A DNA stretch of 19,423 bases. It comes from Campylobacterota bacterium (lineage in GTDB: Bacteria; Campylobacterota; Campylobacteria; Campylobacterales; Sulfurovaceae). The translations under genes were made by a program, and so were the position numbers. A model generated the notes under the pieces. That model did no database searches. It saw only the letters and a list, made by a program, of their open reading frames with translations, and was not told where the DNA came from. Location: positions 1 through 19,423 of the forward strand of contig JAYEOM010000035.1 in assembly GCA_034722955.1 (NCBI GenBank). The letters run 5' to 3'. Below are positions 9,311 through 18,428 of the stretch, in pieces (positions within the stretch are counted from its first letter, which is position 1; every line of letters begins with the position of its first letter).

Positions 9311-10708
9311 ATGACAGTAACTCGTTTTGCACCATCTCCCACAGGCTACCTACATATAGGTGGGCTTCGTACGGCACTCTTCTCTTGGTTGACCGCTCGC
9401 CACAATCAAGGAGATTTTTTACTACGCATAGAAGATACAGATCTCTCGCGCAACTCTCAGGAGGCACTAGAAGCTATCATACAAGCTTTTGACTGGGTTG
9501 GCCTCGATTATGATGGCGAAGTGGTTTATCAGTCACACCGTTTTGATCTCTACGGTAAATATATAGATCAACTGCTTAAAGAGGACAAAGCGTATAGATG
9601 TTATATGAGCAGAGAGGAGCTTGATACCCTGCGTGAAGAGCAGATGGCTCTCAAGGAGCGGACTCGATATGATGGACGGTATCGTGATTTTGACGGTACT
9701 CCTCCAGAGGGTATTGAGCCGGTTATACGAATCAAGGCACCGCTTGGGGGTGATATCATCTTTGAAGATGGTGTCAAAGGTGAGATATGTATCTCTGCTG
9801 ATGAGGTAGATGACTTCATTATCGCTAGAAGTGATGGGGCTCCTACTTACAACTTTGTAGTAGCTATTGATGATGCACTGATGGGCTTGAGTGAAGTGAT
9901 CAGAGGGGATGACCACCTCTATAACACACCAAAACAGATCGTTGTTTATGATGCTTTGGGTCTCACTCTGCCAAAGTTTTATCATGTAGCTATGATCAAC
10001 AATGAGCAGGGTAAAAAACTCTCCAAAAGAGATGGTGCTACAGATGTTATGGAGTATCAAAAACTAGGCTTCTTGCCAGAAGCACTGCTCAATTTTCTGG
10101 TACGCCTGGGGTGGAGCTATGGAGATCAAGAGATATTCTCTATAGATGAGATGATAGAACTATTTGACCCTAAAGATATCAACAAAAGTGCTTCAAGCTA
10201 CAATATGGATAAACTCCTGTGGCTCAATGCACACTATATCAAAAATATGCCAAATGAGAAACTCTCCTTGCGACTCAAAAAGTATGGTATTTCGGTAGAG
10301 GGGCACGATAAGCTGGAGATGCTTCTGGATGCTACCAAAGAGCGTGGCAAAACACTCGTAGAGCTTGCTGATCAGATCAAATTGATCATCAATACTCCTG
10401 AAGCTTATGATGCTAAAGCAGCAAAAAAAGCTTTTAAGGGTGAAGCTGATGAGATTTTGAAAAGCTTTGCCACAGCTCTGGAGGAGTTTGAAGGCGAGCT
10501 GCATCTCCCTGTAGATTATCATACTCTACTAGAGAGATTTGTGGAGAGTAGAGAGATTGGATTTGGCAAGATAGCCCAACCGCTTAGAGTGAGCCTATTG
10601 GGATCTATGACAGGTTCTGGGATGGATGAGATCATGGCAATTATCGGTGTAGCTGAGACAACCAAACGGATAGCAAGGGCTGTTGATTTTATATCCGATA
10701 GCAGATAG
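9311..10708 (+). CDS. gltX: Glutamate--tRNA ligase
   Basis: MTVTRFAPSPTGYLHIGG, LRIEDTD, IRGDDH, KLSKR. ATG 9311 follows AAGG, with a TACAAT at 9266-9271. Confidence 0.97.
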   Translation: MTVTRFAPSPTGYLHIGGLRTALFSWLTARHNQGDFLLRIEDTDLSRNSQEALEAIIQAFDWVGLDYDGEVVYQSHRFDLYGKYIDQLLKEDKAYRCYMSREELDTLREEQMALKERTRYDGRYRDFDGTPPEGIEPVIRIKAPLGGDIIFEDGVKGEICISADEVDDFIIARSDGAPTYNFVVAIDDALMGLSEVIRGDDHLYNTPKQIVVYDALGLTLPKFYHVAMINNEQGKKLSKRDGATDVMEYQKLGFLPEALLNFLVRLGWSYGDQEIFSIDEMIELFDPKDINKSASSYNMDKLLWLNAHYIKNMPNEKLSLRLKKYGISVEGHDKLEMLLDATKERGKTLVELADQIKLIINTPEAYDAKAAKKAFKGEADEILKSFATALEEFEGELHLPVDYHTLLERFVESREIGFGKIAQPLRVSLLGSMTGSGMDEIMAIIGVAETTKRIARAVDFISDSR

Positions 10709-10729
10709 ATTGGTAAGAAGGAGTATATT

Positions 10730-11293
10730 GTGGGTTTAAAGTCAGATAAGTGGATACGGGGAAAGTCTCTAAATGAGGCGATGATCACCCCTTTTTGTGA
10801 AGGTTTGATAGGTGAGGGTGTTGTGAGTTATGGACTTAGCAGTTACGGCTATGATATCCGCGTGAGCAGTGAATTTAAGATCTTTACCAATGTCAACTCT
10901 ACAGTGATCGACCCTAAAGATTTCGATCATGCCAATGTAGTTGATTTTGAGGGAGATGTATGTATCGTACCTCCTAACTCATTTGCCCTCGCTAGGACGG
11001 TAGAGTACTTTAGGATGCCTAGTGATACACTGGCTATCTGCCTGGGGAAAAGTACTTATGCACGATGTGGAATCATTGTCAATGTGACACCGTTTGAGCC
11101 GGGGTTTGAGGGACATATTACGATCGAGATATCCAACACAACTCCTCTACCTGCAAAGATCTATGCCAATGAGGGAATCGCACAGGTGCTTTTCCTGCAG
11201 GGAGATGAGCAGTGTGAGACTACCTACAGGGATCGCAAAGGAAAATACCAAAATCAGACGGGCATTACACTGCCTACGATTTTGAAGGCTTAA
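10730..11293 (+). CDS. dcd: dCTP deaminase
   Basis: [46 protein letters not shown] start after AAGGAG. Confidence 0.96.
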   Translation: MGLKSDKWIRGKSLNEAMITPFCEGLIGEGVVSYGLSSYGYDIRVSSEFKIFTNVNSTVIDPKDFDHANVVDFEGDVCIVPPNSFALARTVEYFRMPSDTLAICLGKSTYARCGIIVNVTPFEPGFEGHITIEISNTTPLPAKIYANEGIAQVLFLQGDEQCETTYRDRKGKYQNQTGITLPTILKA

Positions 11294-11954
11294 AGCTAGC
11301 CTGCCTCCTTGCCTTTCTGCTTTTGCGTAAAAATAGTTTCAGTGACCGTTTCGCCTTGTAGTCCATCTCATAATGAATATGCTCCAAGTACCAAAGAAGC
11401 TCTTGGGGTTTGATCCCTTTGGCTCTGGACTCTTTTTTGAGTATAGTTTGAGGGATTCGGACAGGCTGCTTTGTAAATCTTTTGGTCAGAGAGTTTATGG
11501 TGGAGCTGTGACCATTGTAGCAGAGTCGTGCAAAGACAAAAGGGAGTCCCGTATCATCTTTCCATCTCTCCGCCAAGTCTATACCCTCTCCGCCCGACAG
11601 ATGATGACGCAGAGCTTTGTCACCGATGAGCACTCTACCTTGGAGCTTCAGTATCTTGGCGAGCATATTGGAGGAGGCGGACTCCCTATCTATCTCATCC
11701 TCCCCCTCTAGCACAAAAACACTCCGAACTGCACCATCTGCAATAATACCCAGATCACTGCATCGGCATTTGGACGAGGTCACACTTGAGATAAAGGCTG
11801 CATTGATAGCTCTCTTTTGAAAAGCACGATTGATACGACTGGGGACATCGCGTCGGTATTGAAACGCCTGTTTGATCTGATTACTAGGGAGAGCTCGTTT
11901 CAAAAAGAGTTGAAATGGCAAAAGATTGAGATAACTGATTGAACCAAAGATCAC
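11274..11954 (-). CDS. mqnA: Chorismate dehydratase (futalosine menaquinone pathway, MqnA/MqnD family)
   Basis: [38 protein letters not shown]…TGLPFVFA. The GTG at 11954 has an AAGG RBS and lies downstream of an extended -10. The 3' end overlaps dcd by 20 nt. Confidence 0.9.
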   Translation of the reverse strand: MIFGSISYLNLLPFQLFLKRALPSNQIKQAFQYRRDVPSRINRAFQKRAINAAFISSVTSSKCRCSDLGIIADGAVRSVFVLEGEDEIDRESASSNMLAKILKLQGRVLIGDKALRHHLSGGEGIDLAERWKDDTGLPFVFARLCYNGHSSTINSLTKRFTKQPVRIPQTILKKESRAKGIKPQELLWYLEHIHYEMDYKAKRSLKLFLRKSRKARRQASFKPSKS

Positions 11955-11973
11955 ACAGAGCCTTTTTAGAGAA

Positions 11974-12018
11974 ATTATAGCAGAAGTAAGCATGATTATA
12001 GAGAAGAGCTTTTATAAT
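11974..12018. promoter_or_regulatory. Divergent promoters for mqnA and moaD
   Basis: Minus strand TGC-TATAAT (extended -10) at 11974-11982; plus strand TATAAT at 12013-12018. Confidence 0.55.
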
Positions 12019-12063
12019 CCCAAATATCGAAATATAAAATCCGTACTACATAAGTGAGAAGAT

Positions 12064-12285
12064 ATGGTAAAAGTAGAATTTTTAGGTCCTCTAGGAAGAG
12101 AGCCTTTGGAGATAGAAGCGACAACACTCAAAGAGGTCTCTGATCTGCTAAAGAGTGATGAAACACTTGCCAACTGGCTGCCCAAATGTGCAGTAGCCCT
12201 GAATGATACGATGGTAGGAGATCTGCAAACATCTCTAAAACCTGGGGACAGGATCACAATCCTCCCTCCTGTATGCGGCGGGTAG
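12064..12285 (+). CDS. moaD: Molybdopterin synthase sulfur carrier subunit
   Basis: Ubiquitin-like size (73 aa), CAVALND, C-terminal LPPVCGG. Confidence 0.93.
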   Translation: MVKVEFLGPLGREPLEIEATTLKEVSDLLKSDETLANWLPKCAVALNDTMVGDLQTSLKPGDRITILPPVCGG

Positions 12286-12288
12286 GTT

Positions 12289-12723
12289 ATGGAGCTTTAT
12301 GAGGGATCACTGGATGTCAAAGCTATCTTTGGCAAATGGCTGGATGAAGAGGCATCTTCAAATTATGGTGCCTATATTCCATTTGTAGGTACTATACGAG
12401 CCGAAGATGGCATAGAGGCGTTGAGTTTTGATATATATGAACCTATACTGCAAAAGTGGTTTGATACTTGGCAAGAGAGAGCAGCCAGAGAGGGTGCAGT
12501 AGTCAAAATGGCACATGCTGTAGGTGATGTACCGATACATAGCTCATCGTATATATCGGCTATTTTTTCACCTAGACGAAGAGTTGCACTGGAGCTAATA
12601 GATATATTTGTCGAAGATTTCAAAGCAAATGCTCCCATCTGGAAATATGATGTGATTGATGGTGAGCGTATCTATGCTGATGACCGCAGTACCCCGATGA
12701 GTGGTGCCGGTCTATTGGCATAA
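12289..12723 (+). CDS. moaE: Molybdopterin synthase catalytic subunit
   Basis: GAYIPFVGTIR, MAHAVGDV, SPRRR, FKANAPIWK; adjacent to moaD. Confidence 0.93.
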   Translation: MELYEGSLDVKAIFGKWLDEEASSNYGAYIPFVGTIRAEDGIEALSFDIYEPILQKWFDTWQERAAREGAVVKMAHAVGDVPIHSSSYISAIFSPRRRVALELIDIFVEDFKANAPIWKYDVIDGERIYADDRSTPMSGAGLLA

Positions 12724-12750
12724 TTCGTGCTTAAGAAAGGATAATAAAAT

Positions 12751-13956
12751 ATGGCATTTATGCACTTTGATAAATCTATTGAGCTGCTTGAGAATATAGA
12801 GATCAAACACTATAAGAGAAAAAAACTCTATCTATGTTCGGCACTAGGTTATATACTAGCAGAGGATATTGTGGCAGATCACAACTCACCAGAGTATCCG
12901 ACTTCTGCGATGGATGGATATGCATTTCGTTATGAGGATATAGGGTTGGGTCGTTTACAAGTCTCCAGCATCAATCCAGCGGGATCTCAACTGAGTGACA
13001 GCGTGAGTGAGGGGAGTTGCATCAAGACCTTTACCGGCTCCTTGATGCCCGAGGGGAGCGATACTCTGATCCCTATAGAGAATGTAACTGTAGAGGGAGA
13101 TGAGATCATCATCAACAAAGAGGTTCCTCAGGGCTTCTCTGTGCGAGCTATAGGTGAAAATTACAGCAAAGGACAACTCTTGATCTCTAGTGGGACTAGG
13201 ATTGATATTGCTCAGATTGGTGTGATGGCGAGTCTAAATATCGTGACTCCTCTGGTTTTTGATAAGCCTATGGTCTCTATCCTCTCTACGGGAAGTGAAC
13301 TTTTGGAGTTGGGTGAGACACAAAGCCATGATGCTCAAATCAGAAGTTCCAACAACTATATACTTGAAGCAATTGTCCAAAAGTATGATGGTCAGCCGAT
13401 ACAGCTAGGTTGTGTCAAAGATGACAAAGAGAGTATCACCTCAGCTATCTCCAATGCCTTGATACAGAGTGATATAGTTGTGACAACAGGCGGTGTGAGT
13501 GTTGGTGATTTTGATTTTGTCAAAGATGTGATCCGTGAACTTGGATGTGATGTAGTCTTTAAGGGTGTTCGTGTTAAGCCAGGACAGCATATCATGGTAG
13601 CCCGCAGAGAGGATAAGTTTATCATTGCTCTACCAGGGTTTGCATACTCTGCTACTGTAACGGCACTGCTTTATGTTCTGCCATTGATCTCAAAGCTGCA
13701 ACAAGGAGAGTGCAGAATACGCAGTGTTAATGCAACCCTAAAGGAGCCTTTTATAAAACGAGCAAAAAAGGCCGAGTTTACTGCATGCAATCTCTCTGTA
13801 GTTGATGGTGAGTATTTCGTTGATTTTGAAGGCAAAAAAGTTGGCTCTAGTGCCATCCTGACCAATATGCTAGGAGAGATAGCACTACTCGCTACCAAAG
13901 AAGATGAGTCAAGTAGTGATATAGGAGGAAATGTGAAGGTTTTACTATTGGATTAA
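12751..13956 (+). CDS. moeA: Molybdopterin molybdotransferase
   Basis: SAMDGYA, TFTGSLMPEG, STGSEL, TTGGVSVGDFD, KPG, LPG. Confidence 0.96.
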   Translation: MAFMHFDKSIELLENIEIKHYKRKKLYLCSALGYILAEDIVADHNSPEYPTSAMDGYAFRYEDIGLGRLQVSSINPAGSQLSDSVSEGSCIKTFTGSLMPEGSDTLIPIENVTVEGDEIIINKEVPQGFSVRAIGENYSKGQLLISSGTRIDIAQIGVMASLNIVTPLVFDKPMVSILSTGSELLELGETQSHDAQIRSSNNYILEAIVQKYDGQPIQLGCVKDDKESITSAISNALIQSDIVVTTGGVSVGDFDFVKDVIRELGCDVVFKGVRVKPGQHIMVARREDKFIIALPGFAYSATVTALLYVLPLISKLQQGECRIRSVNATLKEPFIKRAKKAEFTACNLSVVDGEYFVDFEGKKVGSSAILTNMLGEIALLATKEDESSSDIGGNVKVLLLD

Positions 13957-13977
13957 TTCTCCATAGATCAATACTCT

Positions 13978-14076
13978 CTACTGCCTTAGCTTGAGGTAGA
14001 GTGCCAACTCTGCCATAGTTTTGCATCCTGACTCTATAGCCTCTCTGATCACCTCTCTTTGTCTCTTGAAATCCAT
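13978..14076 (-). CDS. Unannotated 32-aa protein (MDFKRQREVIREAIESGCKTMAELALYLKLRQ) divergent from the S24 repressor
   Basis: ATG at 14076, TAAGGA RBS about 6 nt upstream, TACAAT -10 at 14110-14115 (minus strand), TAG stop at 13978-13980. Below the size cutoff of the ORF track. Confidence 0.7.
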   Translation of the reverse strand: MDFKRQREVIREAIESGCKTMAELALYLKLRQ

Positions 14077-14109
14077 CTCTGATCCTTATTTTGATGATTT
14101 ATATGTTAA

Positions 14110-14189
14110 ATTGTATAACTAAATCCTAGAAATACATTTATTTATTTCAAATTGCCATATTTTAAGATATATTTGTTACAATATATAAT
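14110..14189. promoter_or_regulatory. Back-to-back promoters with an imperfect palindrome (candidate operator)
   Basis: Minus strand TACAAT at 14110-14115; plus strand TG-T-TACAAT at 14174-14182 and TATAAT at 14184-14189. The palindrome TATAT(T)TGT-T-ACAATATA (14168-14185) overlaps the plus-strand boxes. Confidence 0.5.
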
Positions 14190-14209
14190 AGATTACAAAG
14201 GAGATAGAT

Positions 14210-14863
14210 ATGGTTGAGTTTGGTGAAATAATTGAGAAGTTAAAAGATGTGATCTCTAGCAAAAAGATAAGCGGTAAAGTTTTCGATAAAGATGTTGCAA
14301 TGGAGCTAGGTATCCCTCAAACCTCTTTTGCTACAATGAAAAAGAGAAACTCCATTCCCTATGCAGAGCTGATAGAGTTCTGTGCGACTAAGAAGCTGAG
14401 TATTAATTGGCTCTTTTTTGATCAGCCTGTAGAGATGCTGATCGAAGAGACAAATAAGTTTTTTCAAGTTCGATATTTTACAGATCTGCGTGCTAGTGCA
14501 GGTGGTGGTGCAGAGGTATTTGATGAAAATTATGAACTTATCAGTATTGATGAGAAGATCATTCACAATATGGTAGGAGATATTAATGGCAAGCTAGAGG
14601 CGATTCATGTCGAAGGTGAGTCGATGGAGCCTACCCTCTATAATGGCTCTATTGTATTTATAGATAGAGAGCAGACCAATATCTCAAAAGATGGTATATT
14701 CATCGCCTCTACCAATGCCGGTCTCTTTATCAAGCGTATCCGTCAAAGAGCAGATGGCATGATAGAGTTGATCTCAGATAACAAAACCTACTCTCCAGAG
14801 CTACTCGCACCCGATGAAGTCAGGATCGTAGGGCGGGTAGTAGGAAATATTGAGAGCTTATAA
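14210..14863 (+). CDS. CI/LexA-like transcriptional repressor with S24 autopeptidase domain
   Basis: N-terminal HTH (DKDVAMELGIPQTSFATMKKRNSIP…INWLF), Ala-Gly cleavage site (ASAGGG), catalytic Ser (GESMEP) and Lys (FIKR), LISDN; AAGGAG RBS. Confidence 0.92.
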   Translation: MVEFGEIIEKLKDVISSKKISGKVFDKDVAMELGIPQTSFATMKKRNSIPYAELIEFCATKKLSINWLFFDQPVEMLIEETNKFFQVRYFTDLRASAGGGAEVFDENYELISIDEKIIHNMVGDINGKLEAIHVEGESMEPTLYNGSIVFIDREQTNISKDGIFIASTNAGLFIKRIRQRADGMIELISDNKTYSPELLAPDEVRIVGRVVGNIESL

Positions 14864-15103
14864 GATAGGTTTATCTACACGCAAGAGAGCATTTTGGAGT
14901 CTAGTAAGTCTGAGTTTTGCTTCATCCAAGATGGTATGATTGACATGTTGTTCGCCCATAGCCTCAAGGCGTGTGAGTCTACCCAATGAACAGTCTGGCG
15001 ATATCGGCTTTGTCTTCTCTATGAGGAGTCTGATCTGCTCCTCCAAGTGTATTATATCACTCTCGATCTTCTCTATGATCTGCTTTTTTTCTTTTTCTAT
15101 CAT
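14858..15103 (-). pseudogene. TraR/DksA-family gene truncated before the C4 zinc finger
   Basis: Coiled coil with PISPDCSLGRLTRLEAM…RLQNALLRVD, ending KPIL* where the GxCxxC…CxxC finger is expected. Confidence 0.7.
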
Positions 15104-15256
15104 GGCACAATGAACCTTTTTGTCAAGATTATTCTTCCCTTTTAGTGTAGCCCAATTGTGATATTTTTTGGTTTAGAAATATTATTGGTCTGCTAAAGAG
15201 AGTGATTAATGATGATACTGTATAATAAATATAAAATATATGAACAGAGGTATATA

Positions 15257-17377
15257 ATGAACCAAAATATTTCGAGCCCAAATCAAGTAACAGTAGGGCA
15301 GATGCTTGGATTGATGTTGTTGGCATATATCTTTAGCTTTGCAATACGCCTTATATGGGTCTATCAAGTTCAGAGTGATCCGGCATTTATCTGGGATGGT
15401 CAACTGATGATCAACACCAATGATGGATATTTTTTTGCCTCTGGTGCACAAAAGGAGCTCTTTGGATTGCATGCTGATAATCCTAGGGTTCCAGGGCTAT
15501 GGGACTATGGAGTAGTCTTTTTTACTGTACTATTTGCAAAGATTACACCCCTCTCTCTAGAGACTATCATACTCTATATGCCATCAGTGATATCGAGTCT
15601 GGTTGTGATCCCTATTATACTTATCGCGAGACTCTACAAGCAGACTCTATGGGGATTTTTTGCTGCTCTGTTAGGGTCTATCGCATGGAGTTACTACAAC
15701 CGTACCATGACTGGGTATTATGATACTGATATGTTCTCCGCTATGGCACCTATGTTTATACTCTATTTTTTGATGAAGAGCAGTATAGATTTCAACCTGC
15801 GTAGTGCACTCTATGCAGCATTGGCTATCGCTATCTACCCTTTTCTTTATGATCAGGGCAGGGCTATAGTATTTGCTATAGGTATCATCTATGCACTCTA
15901 CATGATTTTGCATCATAGAGAAGAGAAGATGACTTATGAATCTCTTATTTTGGTATTTTTGGCACTTATTCCCTTCAAGCTATCTGTACCGATGGAGTAT
16001 TTGACTCATATTGTATTGATTTTTATAGTCTATTTTATATTTATAAAGAGTTCATTTGATCAGAAGAGACTGATGATCATCTCAGCTCTTCTTTTTGTTC
16101 TATTTCTCCTCTTTGGAGATGTTATCGGGTTGATATGGGATAAGATAGCAGCATATACTATCAAGGGGACAAAAGAGGGTGGTCTGCAATTTTATGCTGT
16201 CAATCAAACTGTACGAGAAGCGGGCCAGATACCATTTTCTACGATGGCAAACAGGATCAGTGGCTCATCTGTGGGTGTAGTGATCTCACTGATAGGGTAT
16301 ATAGTATTGGTGATGCGTCACAGGGCATTTATCCTTGCTCTGCCACTGATAGGGATCGGAGTCTTCTCTCTCTGGGGTGGATTGAGGTTTACAGTCTATG
16401 CTGTGCCGATAGCTGCGATGTCGGCGATCTACCTATTTTTTGTGATAGGCGACTATCTCAATAGTCACAGATTCAAATATATATTTATCACAATAGCAAC
16501 TATAGCTATGCTCTATCCAAATATCCAACATGTCATCGGCTATAGAGTACCTACGGTAATGAACCATTCAGAGGTAGAAGATCTTGTCAAGCTCAATAGT
16601 ATCTCTGACTCTAAAGATTATACTCTTAGCTGGTGGGATTATGGATATCCTATCTGGTACTACTCAGATACCTCTACACTGATCGATGGCGGGAAACACA
16701 ATAATGATAACTTTATCATATCAAAAATAATGCAGACATCATCTACCAATTTGGCTGCAAATCTAAGTCGTTTGTCAGTAGAAACTTATGTAGACTCTAA
16801 CTACTCGATCGTATCCAATGCTCTGTTTAAAAATAGAGAGGAGGGTGTACTAGATCCAAATATACTATTGGCAGAGTGGGAAGATCCTGACTACATACTA
16901 CCAAAAAAGAGACGAGATATCTATCTCTATCTTCCCTACCGTATGCTTAGGATATTTCCCACAGTTATGGTATTTGGCAATCTAGACTTGACTACGGGCA
17001 GAAAGGAGCGTGAAGCGGCTTTTTATACTACCAATGTAACCCAGCAGGATGGAGCATTGCTATCCTTCTCCAACGGCATGAGGTTTGATCTCAAGAGAGG
17101 TGAACTCAGTATCGGCAAACAGAAAAAAAGCGTCAAAAACTTCATCATAACCCAAAATGACAAGAGAGGAAATATAGAGTTAAAATCACAGTTTTTTCAA
17201 GCAGAGAGTATCTATACAGTTGTATTTATGAAGAGTTATGGAGTGTTTATCGTGATGGATACTGAGACACTCCAGTCTGCTTATGTGCAGATGTTTATAC
17301 TGGGAAGATATGATAAAAACCTATTTGAGCTGGTAGTCTCATCACCCTATAGTAGAATCTATAAGTTAAAAAAATAG
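15257..17377 (+). CDS. pglB: STT3-family oligosaccharyltransferase
   Basis: INTNDGY, RTMTGYYDTD, VNQTVRE, WWDYG and DGGKH motifs with many TM helices. ATG 15257 follows GAGG and lies downstream of TATAAT at 15221-15226; the ORF track starts at 15209. Confidence 0.96.
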   Translation: MNQNISSPNQVTVGQMLGLMLLAYIFSFAIRLIWVYQVQSDPAFIWDGQLMINTNDGYFFASGAQKELFGLHADNPRVPGLWDYGVVFFTVLFAKITPLSLETIILYMPSVISSLVVIPIILIARLYKQTLWGFFAALLGSIAWSYYNRTMTGYYDTDMFSAMAPMFILYFLMKSSIDFNLRSALYAALAIAIYPFLYDQGRAIVFAIGIIYALYMILHHREEKMTYESLILVFLALIPFKLSVPMEYLTHIVLIFIVYFIFIKSSFDQKRLMIISALLFVLFLLFGDVIGLIWDKIAAYTIKGTKEGGLQFYAVNQTVREAGQIPFSTMANRISGSSVGVVISLIGYIVLVMRHRAFILALPLIGIGVFSLWGGLRFTVYAVPIAAMSAIYLFFVIGDYLNSHRFKYIFITIATIAMLYPNIQHVIGYRVPTVMNHSEVEDLVKLNSISDSKDYTLSWWDYGYPIWYYSDTSTLIDGGKHNNDNFIISKIMQTSSTNLAANLSRLSVETYVDSNYSIVSNALFKNREEGVLDPNILLAEWEDPDYILPKKRRDIYLYLPYRMLRIFPTVMVFGNLDLTTGRKEREAAFYTTNVTQQDGALLSFSNGMRFDLKRGELSIGKQKKSVKNFIITQNDKRGNIELKSQFFQAESIYTVVFMKSYGVFIVMDTETLQSAYVQMFILGRYDKNLFELVVSSPYSRIYKLKK

Positions 17378-17378
17378 T

Positions 17379-17975
17379 ATGTTGACCCTCTCGCAAAGAT
17401 GCACAAAACGGACATTTGATCTGCTTCTCTCTCTGATCGGTATAGTATTGACTGGGTGGATCATGGTACTCTCATGGGTTGTTGCCTCCTTGGATACGAA
17501 GAGTAATGGACTCTTTATGCAGCAGCGTGTAGGGAGAGAGGGCAGACTCTTCTATATCTTTAAGATCAAAACGATGAAGCATATAGCAGGTGTAGACTCT
17601 ACAGTGACCATAAGCGGAGATGAGAGGATCACTAAGTTTGGTGCCTTTTTTCGCAAAACAAAAATCGATGAACTCCCTCAGCTCTTCAATGTCCTGTTGG
17701 GCTCCATGAGTTTCGTAGGACCACGACCGGATGTAGAGGGTTTTGCTGATACATTGCGAGGAGAAGCAGAGATCATTCTATCGGTACGCCCAGGCATAAC
17801 AGGTCCAGCATCACTGAAGTATATTAACGAAGAGGAGACCCTGGCAAAGCAGGAGAACCCTCAAAAGTACAATCGTGAAGTGATCTGGCCAGATAAAGTA
17901 AAGATCAATATAGAGTATGTCAAAGAGTGGTCTTTTGCTAAAGATATGAGGTATATACGGCACTCTATATTGTGA
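17379..17975 (+). CDS. pglC: Monotopic phosphoglycosyl transferase (PglC-like initiating sugar transferase)
   Basis: KRTFD, FKIKTM, KIDELPQLFNVLLGSMSFVGPRP, RPGITG; 1 nt downstream of pglB. Sugar specificity cannot be determined from sequence. Confidence 0.8.
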   Translation: MLTLSQRCTKRTFDLLLSLIGIVLTGWIMVLSWVVASLDTKSNGLFMQQRVGREGRLFYIFKIKTMKHIAGVDSTVTISGDERITKFGAFFRKTKIDELPQLFNVLLGSMSFVGPRPDVEGFADTLRGEAEIILSVRPGITGPASLKYINEEETLAKQENPQKYNREVIWPDKVKINIEYVKEWSFAKDMRYIRHSIL

Positions 17976-17980
17976 GATTT

Positions 17981-18319
17981 CTATTTAAATCCATACTCCA
18001 AAGCCTCAAGCTGTAGACGAAGTGCATCTTGCAACTCTCCCTGAAACTCTAAGGTATTATCCTTGATGGTGCCACCTGTTCCAAGTTTTTTCTTTACTCT
18101 CCTGAGGAGTGCTTGTAGCTCCTGTTTCTCCATACAAAAAGGCTTGACGATGGTGACAACTTTCCCTCTGCGTCTCTCTTTGGCAAAATGGAGTTGGTGT
18201 TTTTGGGGTGTTAATATCTCTCTGCAGGGTTGAGTCTTATGATTTGCAATCTTCTCTCTGTTGTCTGAAGACCACCCATCCTCAAAAGTTGCACCCATCT
18301 CAAATAGGTTTTTTTTCAT
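17981..18319 (-). CDS. SUI1/YciH-family translation initiation factor
   Basis: KERRRGKVVTIV, KKKLGTGGTIKD, LEFQGE. Confidence 0.9.
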   Translation of the reverse strand: MKKNLFEMGATFEDGWSSDNREKIANHKTQPCREILTPQKHQLHFAKERRRGKVVTIVKPFCMEKQELQALLRRVKKKLGTGGTIKDNTLEFQGELQDALRLQLEALEYGFK

Positions 18320-18428
18320 AGTAATATCTTTAGATTTTAATTTTAGGAAATTTCTTCTGCTATTATCTCATAAAACTCTTAACCCAACTTCGACAACCAA
18401 CCAACAAATAACCCAGTATTTACCATAA

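Noticed and set aside
11274..11293. 20-nt convergent overlap of dcd and mqnA
   Set aside because: Short tail overlaps are common in compact genomes, and both genes look intact.
12019..12063. Possible Moco riboswitch before moaD
   Set aside because: The leader is only about 40 nt and unstructured.
14210..14863. Prophage suggested by the CI-like gene
   Set aside because: No integrase, att-like repeats, replication or structural phage genes in the window.
18374..18413. C/A-rich CAAC repeats
   Set aside because: Only about three imperfect units of low complexity; not a CRISPR or iteron array.
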